Assembly (NCBI GenBank): GCA_038325595.1 | Contig: JBBQJD010000001.1 | Coordinates: 6,417-70,416 of the forward strand | Length of the DNA stretch: 64,000 nucleotides | Source of the DNA: Bacteroidales bacterium | GTDB lineage: Bacteria > Bacteroidota > Bacteroidia > Bacteroidales > VadinHA17 | Direction: 5' to 3' | Notes under the pieces: model-generated | The model's database searches: none | The model's input: only the letters and a program-made list of their open reading frames with translations | Told to the model about the DNA's origin: nothing | Position numbers and translations under genes: made by a program | Shown: piece by piece, positions 1 to 9,084 of the stretch | Numbering within the stretch: position 1 is the stretch's first letter | Layout: every line of letters begins with the position of its first letter

Positions 1-1
1 C

Positions 2-1021
2 ATAAGGGCAAAATATAATAAACTCAGGGAGGATCATCAATCCCGCCAGGCCGAAAAGAACCTTCTTTCCCTGGAAGACGCCAGGAGAAACAGATATTTT
101 ACCGACTGGAAGAGCATTAAGGTTATTGAACCATTGAAACCAGGGATTCATGTATTAAATGAAATTGATCTTAATGAACTTGCCGGTTATTTCGACTGGA
201 CCTACTTTTTCTTTGCATGGAAGGTTTCCGGCAAGTATCCTGCAATCTTCAATGATCCGGTGAAAGGAGCTGAAGCAAAAAAGCTGTTCGCCGATGCACA
301 GATATACCTTAAGAAGATTATTGACCAGAAACTTCTTGCTGCAAAGGCCGTTTTCGGATTATTTCCTGCTGTTTCTGAGGGTGATGATGTAAAAGTATTT
401 CATGATAAGACCAAAAAGGAAGTAAAAACTGTACTCAGATTTCTGAGGAACCAGGAACCAAAGGAAAAAGGTGTTCCAAATCTCTCATTATCGGATTACA
501 TTGCTCCTGAGTCAACCGGATTGATTGATAATATCGGGATCTTTGTTGTGTCGGCCACACTCGATGAGAAAGCAATGGATCAGTACAGGGAGGATGATTA
601 TGCAACTATAATGATCAGAATCCTGAGCGACAGGTACGCTGAAGCTATTGCTGAATGGCTCCATGAAAAGGTACGGCGGGAATATTGGGGATATGCTGTG
701 GACGAAAATCTGACTATTGAGGATTTGCTGAAACTTAAATATAAAGGCATAAGACCCGCTCCCGGTTATCCGGCATGTCCCGATCATACCGAAAAACGTA
801 TTATATTTGATCTTCTGAAAGCAGAGAAGATGATTGGTGCTTCATTGACTGAAAATTTTGCAATGGTACCACCGGCCTCTGTGAGTGGTTACTTTTTCTC
901 ACATCCCGGATCATCTTATTTTAATCTGGGAAAAATTAATAATGATCAGCTGAAAGATTATTCCTTACGCAAAAATATAACTATTAACGAAGCGGCCCGG
1001 TGGCTGGCTCCAAACTTGTGA
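2..1021 (+). CDS. metH: Cobalamin-dependent methionine synthase MetH, C-terminal AdoMet-activation domain (5' end outside window)
   Basis: The frame is open from nt 2, with no stop before the listed TTG at 134. The translation (..IRPAPGYPACPDH.., ..SVSGYFFSHPGSSYFNLGKI..) matches the MetH reactivation domain. metF follows directly. Confidence 0.85.
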   Translation: MRAKYNKLREDHQSRQAEKNLLSLEDARRNRYFTDWKSIKVIEPLKPGIHVLNEIDLNELAGYFDWTYFFFAWKVSGKYPAIFNDPVKGAEAKKLFADAQIYLKKIIDQKLLAAKAVFGLFPAVSEGDDVKVFHDKTKKEVKTVLRFLRNQEPKEKGVPNLSLSDYIAPESTGLIDNIGIFVVSATLDEKAMDQYREDDYATIMIRILSDRYAEAIAEWLHEKVRREYWGYAVDENLTIEDLLKLKYKGIRPAPGYPACPDHTEKRIIFDLLKAEKMIGASLTENFAMVPPASVSGYFFSHPGSSYFNLGKINNDQLKDYSLRKNITINEAARWLAPNL

Positions 1022-1032
1022 TTATTCAGATA

Positions 1033-1986
1033 ATGAGTGTTATTGAAAAGATTAAAAAAGCCGAAAGTCCCTTATTCACCTTCGAATTATTACCTCCGCT
1101 GAAAGGACATAGCATTGAAAAGATTTATGCTGCAATTGACAGGTTGATTGAATATAATCCGGCATACATAAATTTCACATCACACCGTAACGAAATTGTT
1201 TATCGTGAGAGACCCGACGGCCTTCTCGAAAAACGTGTTACCCGCATCAGACCAGGTACAATAGCCCTTGCAGCTGCCGTTAAATACAAATATAACGTTA
1301 CGGTTGTTCCCCATCTCCTCTGCGGAGGTTTTACAAAGGAAGAGACTGAAAATGTGCTTATTGAAATGAATTTTCTTGGCATTGACGATGTTCTGGCGCT
1401 ACGCGGTGATCCACAGAAAGGGAGCAGGAGGTTTATTGCCGAGAAAGATGGTCACACCTATACTTATGACCTGGTACAGCAGATTGCCAACATGAATGCA
1501 GGAAAGTATCTTGAGGAGTCGCTTGTGGATAGTTATCCTACAAACTTTTGCATTGGCGTTGCAGGCTATCCTGAGAAACACTTTGAAGCACCAAACAGGC
1601 AGATAGATATTGAAAATCTGAAAATGAAGATTGACGCCGGTGCCAGCTATATTGTTACCCAGATGTTTTTTGATAACAGCAAGTTTTACAGGTTCCGTAA
1701 GGAGTGCATGGATTTGGGAATCACAGTACCCATTCTACCCGGACTGAAACCCATATCAGCTCTGAACGATATTAAATTATTATCACAGGTTTTTCATATC
1801 GATCTTCCAAATGATCTTGTGAGGGCAATACTGAAATGCAAAACTGATGCCGAGGCCCGCCAGGCAGGAATCGAATGGGCTACAATGCAATCAAGGGATC
1901 TTATAAAGGAAGGTGTTCCCGGTATACATTATTATACTCTTGGAAGATCAGATAATATTGCAAGGATTGTAAAATCCTCATTCTAA
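1033..1986 (+). CDS. metF: 5,10-methylenetetrahydrofolate reductase
   Basis: The ATG at 1033 (MSVIEKIKKAESPLFTFELLPPLKG..) gives a 317-aa MetF-like protein. The listed GTG at 1000 would overlap the metH stop and adds non-homologous residues. Confidence 0.85.
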   Translation: MSVIEKIKKAESPLFTFELLPPLKGHSIEKIYAAIDRLIEYNPAYINFTSHRNEIVYRERPDGLLEKRVTRIRPGTIALAAAVKYKYNVTVVPHLLCGGFTKEETENVLIEMNFLGIDDVLALRGDPQKGSRRFIAEKDGHTYTYDLVQQIANMNAGKYLEESLVDSYPTNFCIGVAGYPEKHFEAPNRQIDIENLKMKIDAGASYIVTQMFFDNSKFYRFRKECMDLGITVPILPGLKPISALNDIKLLSQVFHIDLPNDLVRAILKCKTDAEARQAGIEWATMQSRDLIKEGVPGIHYYTLGRSDNIARIVKSSF

Positions 1987-2054
1987 GATTTCACAAAATT
2001 TAAATTTTAAGTATTATATTTATCCGCATTATTTACAAATGAAAGGAGTGTACT

Positions 2055-3494
2055 ATGAAAAAACAAGCTGGCACGATTCTAATAATTGCAACCTTATTTA
2101 TTATATTAAGTTCCTGCACTGATGCCCCGAAGGAAAAAGTACAGGCCAATGAAATCAAGGAAAAAGATCATAAAATTTATTCTATTTCCATGAACAAGAT
2201 CTCTAAAGAATGGGATGGTCAATGGCAAGGTATTACAGTAGCTTCTGACGGTAATTGCTACTTCTCTTCTTCAACTCATTCAAAAGGCCATGGTGCCGGT
2301 TTTCATAAGTTCAATCCTGAAACTTATGAACATACAATGCTTGCAAGAGATATGACAGTAGTTTGCGGAGAAGAAGGAACTATGTCCCAGCAAGGCAAAA
2401 TTCACAGCCCGGTTGTTGAAAGTGATGGCTGGCTGTATTTCACAACTCATCTCTCAAATTATTGGAAAGAAGGAATTGAAAGATATACCGGGGCACATGT
2501 TCTTGGATATGAACTTTCTTCCGGGAAATTCAGGGATTTTGGCATTGTTAAACCCAGATATTCAATTTACTCTGCAATTGGTGTTGATCCGGTAAGGAAA
2601 AAGTTATATGTATTTGTCGTGCCTTTTCTTCCTGAACTTTATGAATCAGACGGATGTCATCTCTACAGCATAGATATTGTTACCGGGGAAAAAGAGGATC
2701 TTGGATTGGTAGTAGAGGGACGGCGCGCTGCTTCATTCTGGTTCTATGTTGATAATAATGGAAATGTCTGGTTCACATTGTGGAAAAAACACTACAAATA
2801 TGAAAACGATCATGGCAATCTGTATGCTTACAGACCAGATAAAGGCATTATTGACACATATGTAAATGTTTTACCCGAAGGAAAATTGATCGATGGAACA
2901 CCCGTAGATGATGCATTTAATTTAAGTCAGAGATCATGGACATGGCTGTCTCCGTTGCCCGGTAGAGAAAAGTGCTATTTCACAATGGGTACTTTAGGTG
3001 GTGGTGATGAACGATTATGGTTATTCGATCCAACCAAAAATATTGAAACAGGGGAGGCTTTTCAGGCAGTAGCCTCAATTGGTTCGAATTATTTTGAAAC
3101 CGCAGTAGGCGGGAATAGATTATATTTCGTTCAGTATGCAGATTTAGATGACGCAAGAAAGCTCTTCTCGGAAGATGAAAGAGAAATTGATCCTTCAAGC
3201 AAGGATTATGTTGAAAGGAAACTGCATTTGAGAAGTATTAGCCTTGAGGAAGGTGCTGATCACAATGCAATAACAGACCATGGGGAGATTGTTGATCAGG
3301 ATGGCCGTGCTGCACGAATGATCATGTCAATGGCAGCGGATGATAAAGGAAAGGTATATATGTATGGAAGCTGGCATGTTAAATCTTTCAGGGAAGCAAC
3401 TCTTCAATACTTGTTGTTTGAATATCCGAATGGTGATCTGTACAGGTTGGTAAAACGCGGTGAGTTTTTTGCAGTTGTAAATACTCTTAAATAG
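2055..3494 (+). CDS. Lipoprotein of unknown function
   Basis: 479-aa ORF with an ATG start and an AGGAG 9 nt upstream. Lipoprotein signal MKKQAGTILIIATLFIILSSC. I recognise no catalytic motif. Confidence 0.6.
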   Translation: MKKQAGTILIIATLFIILSSCTDAPKEKVQANEIKEKDHKIYSISMNKISKEWDGQWQGITVASDGNCYFSSSTHSKGHGAGFHKFNPETYEHTMLARDMTVVCGEEGTMSQQGKIHSPVVESDGWLYFTTHLSNYWKEGIERYTGAHVLGYELSSGKFRDFGIVKPRYSIYSAIGVDPVRKKLYVFVVPFLPELYESDGCHLYSIDIVTGEKEDLGLVVEGRRAASFWFYVDNNGNVWFTLWKKHYKYENDHGNLYAYRPDKGIIDTYVNVLPEGKLIDGTPVDDAFNLSQRSWTWLSPLPGREKCYFTMGTLGGGDERLWLFDPTKNIETGEAFQAVASIGSNYFETAVGGNRLYFVQYADLDDARKLFSEDEREIDPSSKDYVERKLHLRSISLEEGADHNAITDHGEIVDQDGRAARMIMSMAADDKGKVYMYGSWHVKSFREATLQYLLFEYPNGDLYRLVKRGEFFAVVNTLK

Positions 3495-3547
3495 CTGATA
3501 GATTCAAGTTTTGAGTCCCCTCGGAGAAATCGAAAAACAAAAAATGC

Positions 3548-3626
3548 CACCAAGGCACAAAGACACCAAGGTTCACCAAGAACCTTGAAATCAGGGATAT
3601 AACCTTGGTGTAAATTGGAGCCTTGG
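3548..3626. repeat. CCAAGG-rich palindromic intergenic element; possible bidirectional stem-loop between convergent genes
   Basis: Perfect 11-bp inverted repeat acaccaaggtt (3563-3573) / aaccttggtgt (3601-3611). The CCAAGG/CCTTGG palindrome occurs 4 times within about 80 bp. The element lies between the 3' ends of the lipoprotein gene and metK. Confidence 0.6.
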
Positions 3627-3686
3627 AGTCTGTTTGCTTTGCGTCCGGCCGTTTTGGCCTTGTTGAACAGCAAAGCAGCCAGTAAT

Positions 3687-5030
3687 TTATATCTTGAAAG
3701 CCTCTTTGACTTTTTCAACATAATCCAGTTTCTCCCATGCAAAGAATTCTACTTTCTTAAGGTAAACCTTCTTGCCATTACCATTGACACTTACCGGTTT
3801 GCTACCCGGAACTTCATAATATACTTCAGTATCGCCTGAATAGGAATTCTGTCCGAAATGTCCGTAGGAAGCAGTACAAATGAATATAGGATTCTTCAAT
3901 CCAAAGCGTTCAACGATTGCGTAAGGACGCATATCAAAAATATTGTTGATACTTGCTGAGATCTCACCATCGGAGAGCAATTTTCCACTGCTGTCCTTAA
4001 CCCTGGCTGTTCCGTATGTATTTACGTATAGACCAACCGGTTGGGCAACTCCGATTGCATAGGCTACCTGAACAAGCGCCTGATCGCAAACACCGGCTGC
4101 CACCAGGTTTTTTGCTATATGCCTCGCTGCATAAGCAGCTGATCTGTCAACTTTTGATGAATCTTTTCCTGAAAATGCACCTCCGCCGTGTGCTCCATGA
4201 CCACCATATGTGTCGACTATGATTTTTCTTCCTGTAAGACCGGTATCCCCATGAGGTCCCCCTATTACGAATTTACCCGTTGGATTAACAAGAAGCTTAT
4301 AATGATTTTCAAATAATTTCTGAATTCTGGCAGGCAGGTTTTTCTTCACTCTTGGTATCAGAATATCCCTGATATCATCTCTGATCTTTTCCTGCATAGC
4401 CTTTTCTGCAATTTTCCCCGATTCGTGTGAATTGTCAGCAGGAAGCACGAATTCATCATGCTGGGTACTGATTACAATTGTATCGATCCGGAGCGGACTA
4501 TTGTTGTCATCATACTCAACTGTGACCTGCGATTTACTGTCGGGCCTAAGGTACTTCATCTGTTTACCTTCACGCCGTATTGCAGCCAGCTCCTGTAAAA
4601 GCCTGTGCGCGAGTTCAATGGTTAACGGCATATAGTTATCCATTTCGCGACAGGCATATCCGAACATCATTCCCTGATCTCCGGCACCCTGCTCTTCAGG
4701 TTTTTCGCGGACAACACCCTGCCTTATGTCACCTGATTGTTCATGTATTGTAGAAATTACTCCGCATGAATCGCAGTCGAAACGGTATTCTGCTTTAGTG
4801 TATCCTATATTACGGACCACTTTACGTGCAGTCTCCTGTACATCAACCCAGCCTTCTGTGCGTACTTCACCGCCACATACAACAAGACCGGTTGTCACAA
4901 ATGTCTCACAGGCAACTTTTGATTCCGGATCCCAGCGTAAAAATTCATCAAGCAAGGCATCTGAGATCTGATCGGCTACCTTATCGGGGTGCCCTTCTGA
5001 AACTGATTCGGAAGTAAATAAATATCCCAT
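3687..5030 (-). CDS. metK: S-adenosylmethionine synthetase (long Bacteroidota-type form)
   Basis: 447 aa. N-terminus [25 protein letters not shown], plus GGGAFSGKD and other MetK signatures. Confidence 0.95.
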   Translation of the reverse strand: MGYLFTSESVSEGHPDKVADQISDALLDEFLRWDPESKVACETFVTTGLVVCGGEVRTEGWVDVQETARKVVRNIGYTKAEYRFDCDSCGVISTIHEQSGDIRQGVVREKPEEQGAGDQGMMFGYACREMDNYMPLTIELAHRLLQELAAIRREGKQMKYLRPDSKSQVTVEYDDNNSPLRIDTIVISTQHDEFVLPADNSHESGKIAEKAMQEKIRDDIRDILIPRVKKNLPARIQKLFENHYKLLVNPTGKFVIGGPHGDTGLTGRKIIVDTYGGHGAHGGGAFSGKDSSKVDRSAAYAARHIAKNLVAAGVCDQALVQVAYAIGVAQPVGLYVNTYGTARVKDSSGKLLSDGEISASINNIFDMRPYAIVERFGLKNPIFICTASYGHFGQNSYSGDTEVYYEVPGSKPVSVNGNGKKVYLKKVEFFAWEKLDYVEKVKEAFKI

Positions 5031-5170
5031 AATTATTTAGTATTTAATACATTTAGTTAATTATGAGTGGGAAGTTGATTGATTGTAAAGAGGGAATTCT
5101 CCGCGGTTTTAGCATTTTTTCCTGTGGTTGCAATCAGCACAAATTTTTCCACCCAATTATGTGATGCAAA
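5031..5170 (-). promoter_or_regulatory. metK 5' leader, candidate SAM-responsive RNA element (unverified)
   Basis: 196-nt non-coding gap upstream of metK. The minus-strand RNA contains GGGUGGA (5148-5154), UGA, GCAACC (5126-5131) and UGCUAAAACC (5105-5114), in the order of the SAM-I core blocks. I could not draw the P3/P4 helices convincingly. Confidence 0.3.
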
Positions 5171-5226
5171 ATAACTAAAAATAAATGAGGATAAGAAATA
5201 TAAAGGTTAGTTCTTTTTTAAAAATT

Positions 5227-6141
5227 CTATGAATTTGTAAGATGCCTGAAGACTTCCTCAAGATTGCTCTCATGCCTGTTTAATGAAAGTACAGTGAGAT
5301 TGTTTTTAACAGCAAAATTGAAGACCGCAGGGCGTATATCTTCAGCTCCCTCAGCTTCAATAAGCCAGGTGTTTTTGTTAATTTGCCTGAAGTTGCCTGT
5401 CCCTTTTATCTCATTAAGCAGCTTCTCCCCGGGATCCTTATCAAACTCAACCTGGACAATCTGTTTTGAATGTTTGATGAGAGAATGAATATTGTCTTTT
5501 TCTTCATCGGCAACAATAATACCTTTATCTATAATTATCACCCTGTCGCAGATAGCTTCGACCTCCTGCATTATATGTGTTGAAAGCATTACTGTTTTCT
5601 CCTTTCCTGCTTCCCTGATAAGGCTTCTTATCTCAATGGTCTGATTTGGATCAAGTCCTGTTGTGGCTTCATCAAGTATCAGTACATCAGGATTATGGAT
5701 CAATGCCTGTGCGATTCCTACTCTTTGTCTGTATCCTTTCGATAGTGATCCGATCTTTTTCTTCTGTTCCATAGTAAGCCCTGTAAGCTCGATAACATGA
5801 TCGATCTGGCTTTTTCCTGATCCTGTCTTATTATAGATCGAAGCTACAAACCCAAGGTATTCCCTTACATACATTTCAGGATAGAGAGGATTGTTTTCAG
5901 GCAGATATCCTATGACCCTCCTGATTTCAATACTTTCATCATCAACTTCGAGATCATTGACAAACACCTGTCCGGAAGAGGCAGGTATAAAGCCGGTAAT
6001 GATCTTCATCATTGTTGATTTTCCTGCTCCGTTAGGGCCAAGGAATCCTACGATCTCACCTGTTTTAACCTTGAATGAAACATTATCAAGTGCTTTCTGG
6101 GCACCATAAAACCTGGATACTCCCCTGACTAAAATTGACAC
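5227..6141 (-). CDS. gldA: ABC transporter ATP-binding protein, GldA-like (gliding-associated)
   Basis: 304 aa with a GTG start. Walker A is GPNGAGKST and the ABC signature is LSKGYRQR. The N-terminal region (FYGAQKALDNVSFKVKTGEIVGFLGPNGAGKSTMMKIITGF..YLPENNPLYPEMYVREYL) resembles GldA as I recall it. No gldF/gldG is adjacent. Confidence 0.6.
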   Translation of the reverse strand: MSILVRGVSRFYGAQKALDNVSFKVKTGEIVGFLGPNGAGKSTMMKIITGFIPASSGQVFVNDLEVDDESIEIRRVIGYLPENNPLYPEMYVREYLGFVASIYNKTGSGKSQIDHVIELTGLTMEQKKKIGSLSKGYRQRVGIAQALIHNPDVLILDEATTGLDPNQTIEIRSLIREAGKEKTVMLSTHIMQEVEAICDRVIIIDKGIIVADEEKDNIHSLIKHSKQIVQVEFDKDPGEKLLNEIKGTGNFRQINKNTWLIEAEGAEDIRPAVFNFAVKNNLTVLSLNRHESNLEEVFRHLTNS

Positions 6142-6275
6142 AATCGGGTAATTATTGAGTTTTTAAATATAATGACTATCGGGAATGAATAACAATATGA
6201 TTAACTTAATATTATTTTCTATGTATGTTACTTATATTCAAATACTTTCATATTTTCGAAATTACCCCATTTCCT

Positions 6276-6345
6276 GTTTCCCCCAATATACGGGGAAAGG
6301 CTTTATTTAGTGCTCCTTCCCCCCTGGGGGAAGGTTGGGAAGGGG
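6276..6345. repeat. G/C-rich palindromic element (GGGGAAGG family) downstream of the usp gene
   Basis: Hairpin tttcccc(6276-6282)/ggggaaa(6291-6297). Palindrome ccttccccc-ct-gggggaagg (6314-6333), followed by a partial third copy ttgggaaggggg. No T-tract follows on either strand. Confidence 0.5.
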
Positions 6346-6430
6346 GTATGACTAAATATACAATCAGTATTTTATGCTTAATTGCCGATACTCATATTAA
6401 ATATTAAAAATGTCAGATGATTTGTATTCT

Positions 6431-7279
6431 TCAATCTCCCCAGCCTCCCATAAACTGGCCAGTTTTGGAAAAAGTTGCTTTTGGGTTAATGCAACAGACA
6501 GGTATTTTTGAGCTGTTTGCTATTATGTACTGTTCCGATGCTCCAATTACATAGTCAGCAAAGGTGATATTTTTTGTGGTTACTATCAGTATGATATCTG
6601 CATTGATCTTCATGGCGAAATCAATTGTCTGCTGGGCGAAATTACCTTTGGGAACTTCGTGCATTTCATATTCAATATTGTTCTGTATCAAATACTTGAT
6701 TGCGAAATTTATATTGATGTTTGTTTTCTTCAACAATGCCTTATCTGTTGTTTTTGTGACAAGGATATGTATCTTGGAATCAAAAAATTTGCCCATGAAA
6801 ATGGCCATTTTGATTTTTTCCTTGTTTTCACCTCTGAAATCAACCGGGAAAACAATATTATGATATCTCTCGGTGTCTGTCGGAGGATCCTGCACGACAA
6901 TAAAAGGAACCTTTGATTTCACAATTACTTTCAGGGCCCAGCTGCCTGTGAGCTTCTGCATTCCTTTCATCCCATGTGTTCCCATAACAACAAGGCTTGC
7001 CTGCTTGTCATTAGCGAATTCTGCAATGGATGTAAATATGCTTCCTTTCGAAACAAAACCTGTAATGGGCATGTTGTATTTTTTGCTGCTCTCATCTGCA
7101 ACATGCTTTATAAGGATCTTCTTTTGTCCTTCGGCCTGCTTGCTGATCCCGGTATCAGCTATATGTAACAGGCTGATTTCATTTCCCACCATACGGCCAA
7201 TCTTAACTGCATGTGCTAACGCATGCTCGGCAACAATTGTGAAGTCCCATGGCACTATTATTAATTTTTTTTCTTCCAT
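6431..7279 (-). CDS. Universal stress protein, tandem UspA domains
   Basis: 282 aa. Two Usp-like halves (..IIVPWDFT..ALAHAV.., ..LVVMGTHG..). ATG start. Confidence 0.8.
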   Translation of the reverse strand: MEEKKLIIVPWDFTIVAEHALAHAVKIGRMVGNEISLLHIADTGISKQAEGQKKILIKHVADESSKKYNMPITGFVSKGSIFTSIAEFANDKQASLVVMGTHGMKGMQKLTGSWALKVIVKSKVPFIVVQDPPTDTERYHNIVFPVDFRGENKEKIKMAIFMGKFFDSKIHILVTKTTDKALLKKTNININFAIKYLIQNNIEYEMHEVPKGNFAQQTIDFAMKINADIILIVTTKNITFADYVIGASEQYIIANSSKIPVCCINPKATFSKTGQFMGGWGD

Positions 7280-7304
7280 TGCCTTTACAGTTTCAATTTA
7301 TACT

Positions 7305-7335
7305 CAAAGTTATTCAGATTTTATCAATTTTCAAA
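7305..7335 (-). promoter_or_regulatory. Bacteroidota-type promoter for the usp gene (-33 TTTG / -7 TAACTTTG)
   Basis: The minus strand reads TTTG (7335-7332), a 19-nt spacer, then TAACTTTG (7312-7305). The -7 box ends about 25 nt upstream of the start codon. Confidence 0.5.
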
Positions 7336-7601
7336 TGAGTTTAGCTAAACTGGTGTTCACCCGATTATTAAAACTATTAAACAGAAGTAATATTTTATAT
7401 GATAATAGCTTTTTGTTAAAAGTCCGTAATACTGATTGTTTTATATTAAACAACCTGAATGTCCTGAAAAGCCTGTATCTCTCTGAATTAAGTACAAAAA
7501 GAGAAACAAATATTTACCTTTTATGTTAAAATAAATGAGTATCTGTAATATAATATTAAAATAAATGAAGTGCTCTTTTTACTTAACGGTTAACATTTTA
7601 T

Positions 7602-7609
7602 TATTTTTG
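7602..7609 (+). promoter_or_regulatory. Candidate -7 box (TATTTTTG) for asnS
   Basis: Matches TAnnTTTG, 52 nt upstream of the asnS ATG. No clean -33 TTTG. Confidence 0.3.
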
Positions 7610-7660
7610 CGCTACAATTTTTATATATATGTTGTAATTTTTAGATATAATGCGTAGAAA

Positions 7661-9049
7661 ATGAAAAGGACAAGGATAAAAGAATTGTTAACCTCCCCGT
7701 TACTTGGATCAGATGTTGTGGTTAAAGGCTGGGTGAGAACGAAAAGAGGAAACAGGAATATTGTCTTCATCGCGCTTAATGATGGCTCTGCAATCAGTAA
7801 TATTCAGATAGTTGCAGACCCTGTTTCATTTGATGAGAGCCTTCTGAAGGATATCACTACAGGTGCTTGCATTGCTGTAACAGGGAAGCTTGTTGAATCA
7901 CAGGGTCAGGGTCAGAATATAGAAATACATGCTTCTTCCATAGAGATCTATGGCAAAAGTGATGCTGAGCTGTACCCTCTGCAGAAGAAGGGACATTCAA
8001 TGGAGTTTCTCAGGGAAAATGCTCATCTCAGGTTCAGGACAAATACTTTCGGAGCAGTTTTCAGGCTGAGGCATGCAATGGCTTTTGCTATTCATAAGTA
8101 TTTCAATGATAAAGGTTTCTATTATCTGCATACTCCAATAATTACAGGAAGTGACGCCGAAGGTGCCGGTGAGATGTTTCATGTTACAACAATGGATCTC
8201 AAAAAGATTACAACTAATGAAGCTGGCGGTGTGGATTTTAATGATGATTTCTTCGGAAAGGAAACCAAGCTTACTGTTTCGGGTCAGCTTGAAGGTGAAC
8301 TTGGCGCACTTGCTTTAGGAGAAATTTATACTTTCGGTCCAACATTCAGGGCTGAAAATTCAAATACTCCGCGCCATCTTGCAGAGTTCTGGATGATAGA
8401 ACCTGAAATGGCTTTTTATGACCTGAATGACAATATGGACCTGGCGGAAGACTTTGTGAAGTATCTTATAAGGTATGCTTTGGAGAATTGCCGCGAAGAT
8501 CTTGAGTTTCTTAATAATATGATCGATAAGGGACTTCTCGAAAAGTTAAGGTTCGTTGCTGAAAATGAATTTGTCAGAATAACTTACACGGAGGCTGTTT
8601 CAATACTGACAGCTTCAGGCAGGAAATGGGAATACCAGGTGGGATGGGGACGCGATCTCCAGGCTGAACATGAAAGGTACCTTGTTGAGGAGCATTTTAA
8701 ACGTCCTGTTATACTTACCGACTATCCAAAGGATATCAAGGCATTCTATATGAAGCAGAACGACGATGGCAAAACAGTAAGAGCCATGGATGTTCTATTC
8801 CCTGGAATAGGCGAGATAATAGGAGGTTCACAAAGGGAAGAGCAATATGACAAGCTGCTTGCCCGTATTAAAGAAATGAAGCTGGCAGAAAAGGATTTCT
8901 GGTGGTACCTCGATACAAGAAAATATGGCACTGCACCTCACAGCGGGTTTGGTCTTGGATTTGAAAGACTAATGCTGTTTATTACAGGAATGGCAAACAT
9001 AAGGGATGTAATACCATTCCCGAGAACTCCAAAAAATGCTGAATTTTAA
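7661..9049 (+). CDS. asnS: Asparaginyl-tRNA synthetase
   Basis: 462 aa. N-terminal OB fold ([25 protein letters not shown]) and class II motifs (..[19 protein letters not shown].., ..GFGLGFERL..). Confidence 0.95.
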   Translation: MKRTRIKELLTSPLLGSDVVVKGWVRTKRGNRNIVFIALNDGSAISNIQIVADPVSFDESLLKDITTGACIAVTGKLVESQGQGQNIEIHASSIEIYGKSDAELYPLQKKGHSMEFLRENAHLRFRTNTFGAVFRLRHAMAFAIHKYFNDKGFYYLHTPIITGSDAEGAGEMFHVTTMDLKKITTNEAGGVDFNDDFFGKETKLTVSGQLEGELGALALGEIYTFGPTFRAENSNTPRHLAEFWMIEPEMAFYDLNDNMDLAEDFVKYLIRYALENCREDLEFLNNMIDKGLLEKLRFVAENEFVRITYTEAVSILTASGRKWEYQVGWGRDLQAEHERYLVEEHFKRPVILTDYPKDIKAFYMKQNDDGKTVRAMDVLFPGIGEIIGGSQREEQYDKLLARIKEMKLAEKDFWWYLDTRKYGTAPHSGFGLGFERLMLFITGMANIRDVIPFPRTPKNAEF

Positions 9050-9084
9050 AATTACATTTATCTCATAATATTTTCATTCTCAGG

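Noticed and set aside
1000-1032. Listed GTG start extending metF 11 codons upstream and overlapping metH.
   Set aside because: The extension (MAGSKLVIIQI) is not MetF-like. The ATG at 1033 gives the conserved N-terminus and avoids the overlap.
2069-2090. TGGCAC...TTGCA resembling a sigma-54 promoter.
   Set aside because: The spacing between TGGCAC and TTGC is 11 nt instead of 5. The sequence also lies inside the first codons of the lipoprotein ORF.
3404-3839. ORFs 3404-3742 (minus) and 3615-3839 (plus) spanning the lipoprotein-metK spacer.
   Set aside because: Both run through the CCAAGG repeat element and into the 3' ends of real genes on the opposite strand or in another frame. No recognisable protein features.
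6225-6407. 60-aa ORF (..PSPLGEGWEGG..).
   Set aside because: It is a translation of the G/C-rich palindromic repeat in the usp-gldA spacer. The composition is low-complexity and there is no start context. It is most likely spurious.
6873-7529. 218-aa plus-strand ORF; similar long antisense ORFs occur at 23747-24121, 24807-25172, 31865-32248 and 54747-55127.
   Set aside because: Each lies antisense to, or out of frame within, a well-supported gene (usp, the 699-aa lipoprotein, gldM, the SPOR protein). Their compositions are Ser/Cys/Phe-rich and low-complexity, typical of shadow ORFs.
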